Of a stretch of DNA of 64,000 nt, positions 43,591 through 57,760 are shown piece by piece (position 1 is the first letter of the stretch; every line of letters begins with the position of its first letter). The DNA is from the human T2T-CHM13v2.0 reference genome, Homo sapiens. A program made the translations under genes and the position numbers. The DNA lies in the NCBI RefSeq assembly GCF_009914755.1, contig NC_060925.1, one strand, 5' to 3'. The notes under the pieces are model-generated. The model saw only the letters and a list, made by a program, of their open reading frames with translations. It ran no database searches and was not told where the DNA came from.

Positions 43591-45346
43591 CTTTTGACTA
43601 CCAGTTCACTAGAGCCTACGAATTTCATTGTATCAAGTGTTTAATATAAAGAAAGCCATCTAGATGTGACTATCACGTAAACAACGGACTCTATCCATTC
43701 TCACTGACCCTTAACAGTTTCAAAATCTCCCAAAATGATATGATTCTAACATATAATTTAAGCTCTTTAGATAGATTTAATTTCTAAATAATATTATCAT
43801 AAAAAGATTTCCCTTTGTTATATATTCAACGGACATAATAAGAGAATTGGTGAGGAGGCAAGTTTAGCCTTCTGAGACTTGTTAATTGCTTATCAACCAA
43901 AAATACACTCATGTATAGCTAGAGCAATACACAGGATGATTTATTAAGATGTAAGGATTCAGGAGGAAAAGAATAATGAATTTGTCTCTTATATGGAATC
44001 AACATATTTTTATGTTATTGGCTAAAATAAAGTAATAAACACATCAATAGATTTCCATACATATTATTTAAGACTATGGGTAATTAATATCATTGAATTT
44101 TTAGCATAAGATATATTGATCAAAAGAAAGTGCAATTTTTCTGTATATATCCAATGTGCAAATGGAAAATAAGGATACTAAAAGTCCACTGACAAGAGAT
44201 AGGCATATAGAGTTAATGAACTGTGGTCCCTACGATCCATCAATTGTCACATAGCTGCTATCTAGAGATAAAATCAATACAAGTGCTTTCAGATACACAG
44301 AACTGCTTCACTGAGAATGCTAACCTCAATATGTCATCACATAGGTATTTAAACATCATGCAAGATGTAGAAATGCTTCAAGTGGTTTTGAACTTGTAGA
44401 GTCTGACTAAAGATTTATATATTTTATAGATTCGTTTTCTACTAGCTCTAGTATACAATTTTGAAATGTATCAGTCCATCAGCTATTCTTCTCAGAATAC
44501 TTGTGAATATATTGTAGCCAGAAATTTTACTATATGTTATATCAGCTAGTTAAATGAATGCCCTAACTTAAAGAAAATTTGAAAAAAAATGTGTAACTTC
44601 CAGAGTACAGAGATAAGCTTCCAATCCAGTATCTACTGATAAATTATATGATTTTGAAATTTCCAATTAAAACATATTAAGACATTTCCTTTAAATAATG
44701 TGATTTTCTGCATCAATACTCCCAAAAAGCAACAATCTAAAAGTTACAGATGGGCTTAGAATAAATTTAAATTGAAATTTTAGTTCTAATCTTTTTTTTT
44801 TGGTTCAATGTGCTAGGAGTAAAGATTATTGTATAAATCTCACACAGAATTTCTAGGATAGCAAATGGGACTGCTTTTTGAAGAAACGGTCTTCTAAACA
44901 TTAAATTGGACAGAGATAGCTTTATTTCAGTGTCCACTGGAATTTAGATATTCCACCAAAATTATATTTCACAAAATTCCACCAAGATTAATAGTAGGAA
45001 ATAAAGATTTTTGTAGTTTATTCAAAATTGGTTTTGTACCGAAAGAAAACAGAGGCTCAGAATGAAAAGAATTACACAATAGATGATTAAGGTAATGTGT
45101 CTATAATTTTTTATAACTAAAATTTTCTGTGTTTCCACATGTTATCTAAATATGTCATAATATTAATACATTCACTGTGGGTAAAGTTAGGAGCTGTATA
45201 CAAAGGCTGTACCTCACAAACCCAATCAGTTCCCCTATTTAGCCAATTAAGCCTCAAATATATATTTTATTTGATCCTTATAGCTTAGCAAACTAGGTAA
45301 TAAGGTAGTATTATCACTGTGCTATAGCATAAACAGAAGACTATAG

Positions 45347-45682
45347 AGGCAATCCCCAACCTTTTGGCACCAGGGACCAGTTTTGTGGAAGAGAATTTCT
45401 CCAGGGACAGCAGCGAGCAGGGGTTGGTTTCAGATGAAACTGTTCCACCTCAGATCATCAAGCATTAGATTCTTATAAGGAGTGGGCATCCTAGATCCCC
45501 TGCATGCACAGTTCACAGTAGAATTCATGCTCCTATGAGAATCTAATGCTGCCACTGATTTGACAGGAGGCAGAGCTCAGGCAGTAATGCTGGCTCCAGC
45601 CACTCACATCCTGCTGACTGGCATGGTTCCTAAAAGATCAAGGACTTATAGTGGTCTGTGGCCCAGGGGTTGGGGACCCTTG
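45347..45682 (+). mobile_element. MER1B hAT-Charlie MITE
   Basis: TCCCCAACCTTTTGGCACCAGGGACCAGTTT...GAAACTGTTCCACCTCAGATCATCA...CTCCTATGAGAATCTAATGC...GGGGTTGGGGACCC. Confidence 0.93.
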
Positions 45683-46127
45683 AGCTAGAACGTTAATCTG
45701 ATCAAATGAACACAATTAAATATTCAGAAAAGCATTATAACAAGAATCTCTAATTTTTTATCTTATTCTCATTTTATTTTGTTACAATGTCTACAAAGAG
45801 AATGCTAACTGGAAAACTTTGACGTATTTTTTTTTTCCAGGAGACTTGTTTTTTTTTTTTGTCCATGTGTCTAATGTAATGCAGGCAAAATACCTACAAA
45901 TGAAGCATATCACTGCATATGTTTTTGTAAGTTGTATGACAGTGATTTATTTTTATATAAGTTGCAAGATTACGTAACTGGTTTCATGACTGGACATGAT
46001 GTAGTTTGTAATATTAAAATTTGTAGAAGTAATCAATATTAAGAGACAAGATGTAGAAAACAGAAATGAGCTGATTTCATAATATGTATTAGTCTCACAA
46101 GTATATTCAAAAGTATTATGTTAATAT

Positions 46128-46218
46128 AACATGTACCCCATAAATATATACACGTACTTATGTACCCATAAAAATTAAAAATAAAGAAAATTTAAAATAA
46201 AATACATTTAAAAATAAA
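46128..46218 (+). mobile_element. Very short L1MA 3' terminus with A-rich tail
   Basis: CATGTACCCCATAAATATATACAC...TATGTACCCATAAAAATTAAAAATAAA. Confidence 0.75.
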
Positions 46219-47055
46219 GGATAAATGTGAGAGATGGTATTCAGTAAATACTAAAACTTAGAAAAGCATTATATTTAGAATTTTCCAAATGTAATAGAAA
46301 TACAACTTTATTTCAATGTTAAAAGGAAAATAACTTAGAATCTATAAATACTAATTTGTTTTCAAAAAACACTATGTTATGATTACATTCCCCTAGTGTT
46401 GGCATAATTACTTTATAAACGAAAACAGAAAAATATAACAAGAAAATTGAAAAGCTTTTAGTTGACACCTAATGCATAATGCCATTTGATAAATACATAG
46501 AATAAGCATATAAGAAATCAAAAAAGATGTCATGTTTTGAGTATTTTGTAAAAGTTATAATACTTTCTCCTCTTTGTATAATTTTTTTTGCCTTTAAAAA
46601 GTGCATTTTGGTTTCCAAAAATTTAAATTTGTAACAGAAACTGGTTTACACATATTTTTAACCATTTTACAAATGTCATGAAAGTATAATTTTAATTATT
46701 TCTATGCTTTCTTTTCCAGTGAAATTAAAATACAAAGGCAATTTTAAATGTCGCTTATCTTCAAAAAATCTAAATAACATACCATCATGTATGTTTGCTT
46801 TGGAATAAAATCTACTACTTACTAAAATTAGATAAAACTTTAATAAACATCACATATTTTTGGATATGTTATCTTGATTTTATTTCATGTTAGATTTAAA
46901 TTCTTATGAAATTTTCTGAAAATAATTATAATATAAATGAGGGTGATATTGACATTCTTAAAACTTGTCAATTGTGCGTTGGCTCTTAAAACATCAGGCC
47001 AAAAGTGACACATACTCCTTATACTAACCTTTCCTTGGCCAGACAAGTGAATGTT

Positions 47056-48255
<1,200 letters not shown>

Positions 48256-49849
48256 AGGTAACATTATTGATTTTAAAAATTCATCGTAAGAATAAAGTGC
48301 ATCCCTAGGAGCTGTCCCATGTGTATGTGTGTTTGTGATTGTCTCTATTATTTAAACAAATTAATAATCGTATAAATCAATGAAAGGGAATAGACTATTT
48401 AAAAAACTATACTATTCTATTTTTTGTTTTGTTACTTGCTAATAAATATACAACTTCGGCTATAGAGACAGTAGCTTGCAAGACTTGTTCATAACAGTTT
48501 CAAGTAATTTACATTTTTCTGAAAATATCTTGGTTAATCATGGATTGCATATGACCTTACTTTGTCTATCTTTAAGGATTTTTTTCTTAATCCAAGCAAG
48601 TTATTAGCCAGATAATATTTATATCTTATTATTTATTCCTCCCGTCAATTTTCTTGAAAGCATCCTAGAATCTCAGCACTTTCTCTTTTTACCAGGATCA
48701 AAAGCATAAACCCATGCTACCATTAAAGAGAAATGATAGCATAACAAAAATAAATTAATTGCATATAAAACTTCAAAAGACTAAATACACCACTTCAAAA
48801 CATAACCAAATTGAGATTGAACCTTTAATGAACTAAATATATCTCCACTTTCTCCTTCAGAAGCCTTGTTATCTCTGTCTCAGTTTTCACTATGACACCA
48901 TTTGTTACTCTCTTTTCTATCTCTTTCACTCTGATTTGCCCCTCTCTTCTTCTCTCATTATTCTTTATTTACCTGAACAAAATAGCACAACAAGAAACTA
49001 TGTACTACAAAATATGTTGGTTTTATTCTACAAGTCTACACTAAACTATTAGTGTTTTTATAGGTAGGTAGCTTTATTTATTTAGTTGTTTGGAAGGAAA
49101 CATAGTCAAGAAGTAGCTATTATGCTGTGAAGGGAGCAATAAGGAATATGTTTCATCTGGAAGAAAACATTATCATCAACTACCCTGACTAGGAAACTTC
49201 ACAAAATTCAATCATAGATTTATAGTCTCTCAATTCTATTGAGAAAAACTCATTTGAGAGTAATCAAAATTATCTTTTGACCACAAAAAGTTTTAAAAAG
49301 TTTATAAATCATGCAAGTTAGAATTATTGGATCTTCAAGAAATTACATTAAATCAAGGTTACATATATTAAACATAAAGCATATCCATAATTTATTTATT
49401 ACAAGCCATATATTTCTATTTGTTCACGTCAGTGAAATATAGATGAGGTGGTGAAATGAATTAGTTATGAATCACTGTATATTGAATGAATGCTAATGTT
49501 ATAATTATTGATTTTCTATGACTTTTTTCTTCAAATTCTGGAGAAAATGTCCTTCAATTCAAGTTTAGCCTTGTTACATTATGTTATTTTCTGCGAATAT
49601 ATATTTGCATTATTAGGTGGTCTATTCTATTAGACTCTTTGCAAATATACTCTAAACACCTATTCTAACCTTTCGATCCGAAAGTCATTTTTTTCCTTTT
49701 TTAAAGAATACTTCATCAGTTTTCAAATCAAAAGTCCTAATACACAAAAACAAAAATCTTGTAATCATTAAGAAACCTCAATAAGCTGAGGAAAGACCAA
49801 AAGAAAGGTATTCCTAAAAGTGTCATGCTATTCATCTTATCTTTGGTGA

Positions 49850-50890
49850 CATTTTGTTTCTGGCAGCGTTTGACTACTTTCAGACCAATTCTTCCTCTGA
49901 GACTGATTTTAAAATCTTGACAAAATGTAAATATCTTATGTATGAAGGAAAGCTACAAAGAGAATGTAAATTTCAGGGGCTGTAAACTTGTATTGGAGGA
50001 AAGTGCAGAGTGGCTATCAGGGATTTTGGGACCTCTTTTCCTTTTGAGGTGATTGCTGAATGAAAAACTGAGAGCGGTAGCAATAGACTGAGAAGCTGAG
50101 CAAAGATTTCTGCAGTCTCATGAGACTTTGAAAGCACGCTTTAAATGAAGACTTGTAAATTTTCCAAGTTATTGATTGGGACTCTAAGGGGTCCATACTG
50201 GGATGACAGATGAAGCATAATAGATCATAGACTCCCAAGGGCTAAAGCCAGGCTTCACATCATCTTGGTCCCCAACAGGGGACCTACCTCTGTTGGGGTA
50301 GCTGCCTACCCCAAGGAACCATAAATTTTCTCTGAAGAAAGATGACAACCACAGCCTCTAATTCTTTCTATTATATTTTTATAGACAAGATTCATCATTT
50401 AGTTAAAAAAAAGCACCATTTTTAAAACACAAAAGTTTAAAAAAATCAAAGTATTTTTAACAGTAATTTTCAGACATGGACTTTAAAATAACTATGACAA
50501 ATAAATCCAAGCAGTTAAGAATCAACAAAGAAAATATTGGCAGATATTATAAAGGAGAAAGAAATGGGAATTCTTAAAAAAAACTAATATTTTTAAAATC
50601 TGCAATAGGTTTAACAGCAGATAAAATGGAGATTATAAAATGAAAAAATATATTTAAAATATTCAGACTGAAGAATAGAGAGGCAAATTTATGGGAAGTA
50701 TATAGGAGATTACATGAAATATATAAAACAAAATGAAAGAACCGAAGTATAATTACTTTTGCAGAAGAAACTATGTAGAATAGGACAGAATCCATCACTG
50801 AAGAGATAACAAGGACAAAATTCCCAAAATAGAGCATATAAATTAGGTCACATATGAAGCAGAATAAACATAAAGAATGCCACACCTAAG
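49850..50890 (+). mobile_element. Old L1 (L1ME-type) 5'UTR/ORF1 remnant
   Basis: CAGACATGGACTTTAAAATAACTATG, GGTTTAACAGCAGAT, TGAAGAGATAA...AAAATTCCCAAAAT, AGCAGAATAAACATAAAGAATGCCACACCTA (ORF1-like). Confidence 0.6.
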
Positions 50891-50899
50891 AGAAGAATT

Positions 50900-52200
50900 A
50901 AGCTATGTTTAGATTTAACTCTGCTATAGGTGTTTATATTTGTCCTGTTTTTTTCCTTTGTTTATTCTTTCTAGCTTTCTTGTGTTTCATTCACCTTTTG
51001 TATTTTAGTATTCAATTTCTCTCTATTTGCTTTTCAGTATAATTAATTTTAAAAAGATTTTAGGATTTTTAGGCTTTACAATACACACTTTTTTAAATCA
51101 TAGAATTCTAGGTAGCTGTATTTTATACTATTTCACCTATAAAAGTTTTACAAAACTATATTTCCATTTAATTTCTACTTGTTATCTATATTATTGTTGC
51201 CCTTTATTTCACTTTTTTATATATTATCCATACTGTAATACAATTTTATTGTTTCTGTTTAAAGAAACTTAAAATGAAGTAAAACAGGCTGTTAATTATG
51301 GCTTCTTTGCTGTTTCTCATGCTCTTTATTCTTACATGTTCATTTCTATACTGAAATCCCCTTTCTGCTTATTCATTTGTACTCACTTTTTCAAGGAGTC
51401 AAGTAACTATTGCTTAAAGGGCCATAAAGTGAATATTTTAGGGTTGGAGATCATATGGTCTCTATCACAACTACTATACTCAAGCCTGCTGGTTTTTGGC
51501 AAATGCAGCACTAAACAATTTGTATATGATAGCTATTTTCCAGTAAAATTTTATAAAAATAATTAACCAGCGTGTAGGCCATAATTTGTCCATTCTAATA
51601 TTTTCCATTATATCTTTGAGCATATTTGTAAATGCTGTTTTCATTTCTGATAATGGTGAGATCTCTGTCAAGTCTGGATTTATTTTTATTCACTGTTATA
51701 TTCTCCCGCTTATGATAGACATATTCCTGCTTAGTCACATGTCTAATATATGTATTTATATTTTTTCTTTCCTTAAAAATTTTATGTTGGTCATTATAGA
51801 TACTATGCTGTTGAAGATTGTTATTTTGTTGTCTTTCATTAAATAGTGTTAAATTTTGTTTTGAAGGCAGGCAATTTACTGGCAAATGAATTTGATATTC
51901 CAGCTTATATTTAAGTTTTGTTAGTAAGATGCTATATAGCCATTATTCTAGGGCTAGGACAGGGCTACTATGAAGGAAACTCTTTGGCCAACTTCAAGAA
52001 ACTGTCTGGAATATTCAGGTTGGTTTCTTCTCTCTGGCTTGTGTATTCTTCTGTTTCTCAATATAATGTAACTTGTGGACTCTCTATTGAACTCCCAGAT
52101 ACCTAGTAATTGTTTTGTACTGAGGCTTGCAGAATTCACCACATGCATACATAACTCAATAGTCATCCAAAGAACAAAGTTTTCCTATGCAAATTTTAAA
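50900..52200 (-). mobile_element. Old L1 (L1ME-type) 5'/inter-ORF remnant, interrupted by MER58A
   Basis: T-rich antisense L1-like sequence, e.g. TCTTTGAGCATATTTGTAAATGCTGTTTT...TCTGATAAT, the antisense of the ORF1 start. Confidence 0.45.
51392..51597 (+). mobile_element. MER58A hAT-Charlie MITE
   Basis: TAAAGGGCCATAAAGTGAATATTTTAGG...CATATGGTCTCTATCACAACTACT...TTCCAGTAAAATTTTAT...GGCCATAATTTG. Confidence 0.8.
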
Positions 52201-52319
52201 GCTATGGCTGTTTTGCCATAAATATTTCCAAAAATAGGTCACCAGACACTAAACCATAATTTACGGACCATATCTCCAGAGCATAAAACTATATGACTTA
52301 ATATCCTCATCCTTCCTAA

Positions 52320-52540
52320 ACTTGAGTTCAAATTTTGGTATTACTGTATATTAAAAACATTTCTTGGGGTAAGAGATTTAAGGTTTTCAAATGTAATTTT
52401 TCCAATACATACAGTAGCTTATTATAGAAGAACTTCATAAAATTGTTGAAAGAATTAAATTAGATAATTTATGTTGTATAGTCCCTTGCACTGAAAGATA
52501 GCAAAAATAAAAAATGTAACCGCTATTATTCCTATTATGT
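52320..52540 (+). mobile_element. MIR fragment
   Basis: TGAGTTCAAAT...TTGTTGAAAGAATTAAATTAGATAAT...AAATGTAACCGCTATTATT. Confidence 0.55.
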
Positions 52541-53707
52541 TAATTTTTTATTATACATTTACTGCTAAGTTGTCTTTTTTCTCTGACAGAAAAATATAAT
52601 GCTAATTAACTTAGAAATGTCTTAGAACCTATATCAGAGGACACTGTGACTGAGAAAGACTTCCAAATATGCTCTGACGTTGAATAGCATGATTTTTTAT
52701 ATCCACATTTAAATAGGAACATTTTATTTAATGTCTCAAAATATTGCTTTTCTTGCTGTCTCAACTTCCTTTTGGCTTACTGTAAGTTTAACTTTAGAAA
52801 CTTGGTTTCCTTTGTAAATTACAAAGTTAGTCTTTCTGCTTTAGCTTAGGATGACTATATTAAAATGATTAATATTGGAATGTCTTATGCAAACATAATT
52901 CTCTTTTTTTCCACTCACTCTAAATTTTATTGATCTACAATGACCAAAAAGTGAATACCCTTTATCACTCGCTTTGTAATATTTTACACTAGGATGGAAA
53001 CAATATGAGTAACCTTCCATAATTATAAGCTTTTCAAACACTTACCAAGCTTAAATGGCTAATTAATTCCATAAAACATAACAATGTGTTTTACGACCCA
53101 AGGAACTTGCCACTGCCAGCTCTAACACTGAATAAAAGTTAATAATGATAGCAATATAGAACAATTCACATAATCAAGAGGTAACTCAGTCAAAACACAC
53201 GTAAATTAGTATTGTAAATTTGTTCACATTAATAAAAACTTATTTTATTTAGGCAGACAACTTAATTCAAGTCTGTGCCTCTATGTCAAAATGATAGTCT
53301 CTCTTAAATATGAGTCCTAAATAATCCAGGAGTCGGGTCCTGAAAATGTTGAGATATTCTATGGTACTCTAATGTGAATAAAAATAACATTCACTTAAAA
53401 TTAAGCAAAAGCACATGGTGGATTAACAGATCCTCAAAACATATATAAATTAGCATTGAGTTAAAGTAATTCTCAACCTGGATATCATTCTGTGTATATG
53501 TGAATATTCAGTTCCACTGAATATTTTAAATTCACATCTTCAGGATAAATTCTGGTCAGATAATTTAGATCTGACACATGTGAACTTAGTGTATTAGACA
53601 ATTATATTTTCATTCGGTTATATACTTTAAGAAAATCATCTAATTATCTGTTTCTATGGCATCAACAAGTTTAATTAATCATTGACACAGAGTCACTCTC
53701 TTTGTCT

Positions 53708-53923
53708 CTATATATGTGTATACATATAATGTAGACATTTATGCTCATTATATATTATATAATTATGCATGTAATATATATTTATGGTTAGCATATATAT
53801 ATAATAGATATGATTCACATATCTATGTCCATCTTATACATGTGATCTACATATGTATATCTATTAGATATATAAAACTATATATTTAATATATATATAC
53901 CTATCATATATATAGAGAGAGAG
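53708..53923. repeat. TA-rich low-complexity tract
   Basis: Degenerate (TA)n ending in (GA)n. Confidence 0.75.
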
Positions 53924-53994
53924 AATTTAATAGATTTTGTAATATCATATGAAGTAAAGATAATTTAGATAAATTTCATTTAGTCCTGAGCAGT

Positions 53995-54300
53995 TCAGTC
54001 TTGGAAGAAACTGCCAAACTATCTTTTAAAGGGGCTGTACCATATTGGCATTCCCAACATAAATCCCAAGAAGCACAATTGCTGGATCCAAGAGCATGGT
54101 TAATCTTGGAAGAAACTGCCTAATTGTCTTCTAAAGCAGCTGTACTATTATGCAGTACTACCAGCAATGAATGAGAATTCCTTTTGCCTCCTATCCTCAG
54201 CTACAATTGTTATTGTCAGTGTTTTGAATTAGTAATTTTAATAGGTGCATAATAGTATCTCATTATTGTTCTAATTTGTAATTTCCTAGTGATATATTAT
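53995..54300 (-). mobile_element. L1MB/MC-type fragment with an internal duplication
   Basis: AAGAAACTGCC...GCTGTAC...CCAGCAATGAATGAGAATTCC...TAGTATCTCATT...TTTGTAATTTCCTAGTGA. Confidence 0.75.
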
Positions 54301-54304
54301 TCAT

Positions 54305-54795
54305 CATAAATTTAAGAGCCTACCTTGGTGCTAGGCACTGTTCTAGAATTCAATAGAACTTCACAAGGAATATCCATACTCATTTTGATGAGGAGGGGGA
54401 ATCACGAAAGAATAAAATAAGTAATTAACATAATGTGGTATTATATAGTCTAATATAGCATGATATCTAAGAATTTATTTCATATGATATTTTATAATTT
54501 AAATAATGATAATCGCTATGAATTAAATAAGTGTGGGGTAAGAAAATAGATGTACATTGACGTATGGGAGATTTGCTAGAGTTCAAAAGTATTGTGAGCA
54601 GGGTGTTAGCTGTATAGTTGGTAAGTAATGTTCGCAGTTTGAAAGATTAGCTAACATATGTGTTATGAGAAGAAAATAAGAACTACTCTCAGATTTTTGA
54701 CCTGAGTAACTCGATGTATGGTGGTGTTATTTGCTGAGGTAGATAGAACTCAATAAAGAAGTCAGGGAAAAGCTGATATAAAGACTTTATTTTGC
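54305..54795 (-). mobile_element. L2 remnant (further piece at about 55585-55865)
   Basis: GAGCCTACCTTGGTGCTAGGCACTGTTCTAG; CAGATTTTTGACCTGAGTAACT...ATGGTGGTGTTATTTGCTGAG. Confidence 0.65.
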
Positions 54796-54800
54796 AATCT

Positions 54801-55102
54801 GGCTGGGCACGGTGGCTCACACCTGTAATCCCGGCACTTTGGGAGGGCCAAGGCAGGTGGATTACTGAGGTCAGGAGTTCGACTCAGGCTGGCCAACATG
54901 GCAAAACCCTGTCTCTCCTAAAAATACAAAAATTAGCTGTGAGTGGTGGCTCGCACCTGTAATCTCAGCAACTCAGAAGGCTGAGGCAGGAGAATTGCTA
55001 AAACCCAGCAGGCAGAATTTGCAGTGAGCTGAGATCGTGTCACTGCACTGCAGCCTGGGCGACAGAGCAAAACTCCGACTTAAAAAGAAAAAAGAAAAAA
55101 AA
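54801..55102 (+). mobile_element. AluSx-like
   Basis: Full dimer. TSD AAGACTTTATTTTGCAATCT (54781) / AAGAATTTATTTTACAATCT (55103). Confidence 0.96.
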
Positions 55103-56119
55103 AAGAATTTATTTTACAATCTGTTAAAGTTCTTAAAGACTAAAAATTCAGCATACAAACCACAAAAAAGTTCATTAATTCAATCATTGTTTATCATATT
55201 TCCAATATAGCTAACTGCTATGATGGGAATAACAAGTCTAAAACACAATTTTATTATAGAAATGTAAATTATTTCACTGTTTAGGAAGAACAGCGGGATA
55301 AAATAATTTTAAAATCTCCTCTTGTCTACTTATTCACATCCCTTGCCAAGAGTGGTTTAATTCCCAGATGCTTGAGAAGGAAAAAAAAAAAAAAAGCATC
55401 AAGCCTATCCGAGAACTCAAGATGCAGCAACAAATTTTTATCTTTAGGTTCAAAGTATTTATTATAAAGCCTCGCTCATACTGTTCAAACACAGATGTCC
55501 CTTCAGTTAAAACTTTCCCTGTACTGTGTTTAATATAGTTATATATTTTCTGCCCAAATTAAATCTCTTTCTATCTCTCTCTGATTTGCATTTTAACAAG
55601 ATCATTCTGGCAGTTGCTGCTGAACAACAGATAGGAGTTCCAAGAGTGAATGGAAAAAGTGAACTCACACTGGAGGCTGTTGGAGTGAGTGAGTTGTAGA
55701 TGTCAGAAATGGTTTAATTCTATCATGATTCTGCAGATGTGGAAAGATTTAATACAATTGGTAATCATCTGGATGTGGGTAGTGAGAACAAATAGAATAT
55801 AGGAGGACTCCGGATTTTTGCCTTTGAGAAAATGGATAGATGAGGGAAGCCATTATAGGAAAATATTTTTCGTGGGTTATATATTTTTATTTTCATTTAT
55901 TTCTATATACATCTTTTGTAAATAGAAATTAACATATTTCATATGTATTATCTGTATTATTTGTTTGTTTACACCTTCTGGTTAATTTTCTTAAGAAAAT
56001 TTCCTTTCTTGAGATATTTTAAAAAGTATACATACTTTTACTATTTTAATAGTTTTTGTTTCCAATTTTAACTATTAATTTAGCTTAAATTAACTTGTAT
56101 ATGGTGTGTGAAAGAGTAC

Positions 56120-56583
56120 TGTGATGGTTAACTTTATGTGTCAACTTGGCTAGGTTAAGGGATGCCCAGATAGTTGCTAAAACATTATTTCTAGATGTAT
56201 GCATGAGGGTCTTTCCAAAGGAAATTCAAATCAGTAGACTGAGTAAAGGAGATCATCCTCAACAATTTGAGTGGACATTAGCCAATCCATTGAGTACCTG
56301 AATAGAACTAAAGAGTATCGGAAGGGCAAATTTACCTTTTTTTGTTGTTGTTGTTAGAGCTGGGACATAAATCTTCTGCACACTTGGGCATCCAGCTCCT
56401 CCTTTGTACTTGAAAGAAATTGCAACTCAATCTTTGCTGGTTTCCAGTCTTGCAGAAGGCAGATAGTAGGCCTTCCTATCTACTACAATTGCATGAGCCA
56501 ATGCCCGTAACAAATATCTCCTTCTAAGTATCTATATTTATCCCATTAGTCTCATTTATCTGGATAACCAGGACTGATAAACA
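56120..56583 (+). mobile_element. MLT2B/D-type ERVL solo LTR
   Basis: Begins TGTGATGGTTAACTTTATGTGTCAACTTGGCTAGG...GGATGCCCAGATAG and ends CTGGATAACCAGGACTGATAAACA (TG...CA). Confidence 0.9.
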
Positions 56584-57472
56584 TATTAATTAATTTTTGT
56601 CTTCAAAATGGCTTTCACTTACCTGAGTACTGGTTATTAGTTAATGACATAGATTTTAATGAGTCATCATCTTGTAAGTATTGGGATATCTGCAACTTAT
56701 GTCAAATATCATCTGGATGATTTTTCTGGAGATTAAATATCATGCATTTTGGAAATACATGAAGTAGTCAGATAAAGATTTGAATGTATTCATTTCAGAC
56801 TAGGCTTTTCTGATGCATGCGTCAGTATATAATTACAAATTACTAATGTTTTGTGAGAAATGTAGGATTTAAATACATATTGAAATTTACATAGCATAAA
56901 TATATGTTGAGAAAGGTGCAAGGATTAATTAATGAAAATATCTTATTTCTCATACTTTTGTTTGATTAATAGAAAAATGTGACCTGGAGTATTATTTTCA
57001 TCTTTATCATCGAACAAATAATCCAAAAAATAATTTTCTGAGTGCATATTACTTTTAATCTATTTTACTATAAAAATGTTACATTTAATATTTTTAAAAT
57101 GGAAAATTTGATATGTATATGTACCAATGTTAGATTATTCCAACTAAACATATTTGTTTTATTTTAAATAAACCTTTTTTTTGGGCTCATTTGGTGGGAC
57201 ATGAAAATCATGTCCCACATTCTGTAAAACACTTGATATACATCATATTGTTATTAACAATAATTATAATGTTCTCTCTTTTCAAATGTACAGTATCTAT
57301 GGGACAATTCTCTGTGTTAAGGTTCATTATTCAAATGACCTTTGTTCTTTTTTTCCTCTCTGAAAGATAAGCATCATTCCCACTTTACTAGAATTCTTTT
57401 TGAGTATTCCTGGGAGGCCTCATATAGCAAATGATTGTATATTTTCCTTCTAGGACATGGCCCTTACCAAAT

Positions 57473-57760
57473 ATCTATTCAATGTTGGATTTCTATGTCT
57501 ATTCTTCCTTTCTTCCTCCCTCCTCCCCTCCCACCCTCCCTCCCTCCCTCCCTCCTTCCTTCCTTCCTTCCTTCTTTCCTTCCTTCCTTCCTTCCTTCCA
57601 TCTATTCAGTATTGGATTTCTATATCCTTCCTTTCCTTCCTTCATTCTTTCCTTTCTTCCTTCCTTCCCTCCTTCCATCTATTCAGTATTGGATTTCTAT
57701 TTCCTTCCTTCCTTCCTTCCTTTCTTCCCTCCCTCCCTCCCCCTCTCTCTTTTCATTTTT
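57473..57760. repeat. Compound tandem repeat: 24-nt unit x3 interleaved with (CCTT/CCCT)n
   Basis: ATCTATTCA(A/G)T(G/A)TTGGATTTCTAT at 57473, 57600 and 57677. Confidence 0.93.

Noticed and set aside
57194-57218. p53 response element within the hairpin
   Set aside because: The two CATG cores have the wrong spacing (half-sites overlap by 1 nt) and the first lacks the YYY flank.
57473-57700. CRISPR-like array
   Set aside because: Primate DNA, only three repeats, unequal low-complexity spacers and no cas genes; it is a compound tandem repeat. The overlapping P/S/F-rich ORFs are artefacts of the same tract.
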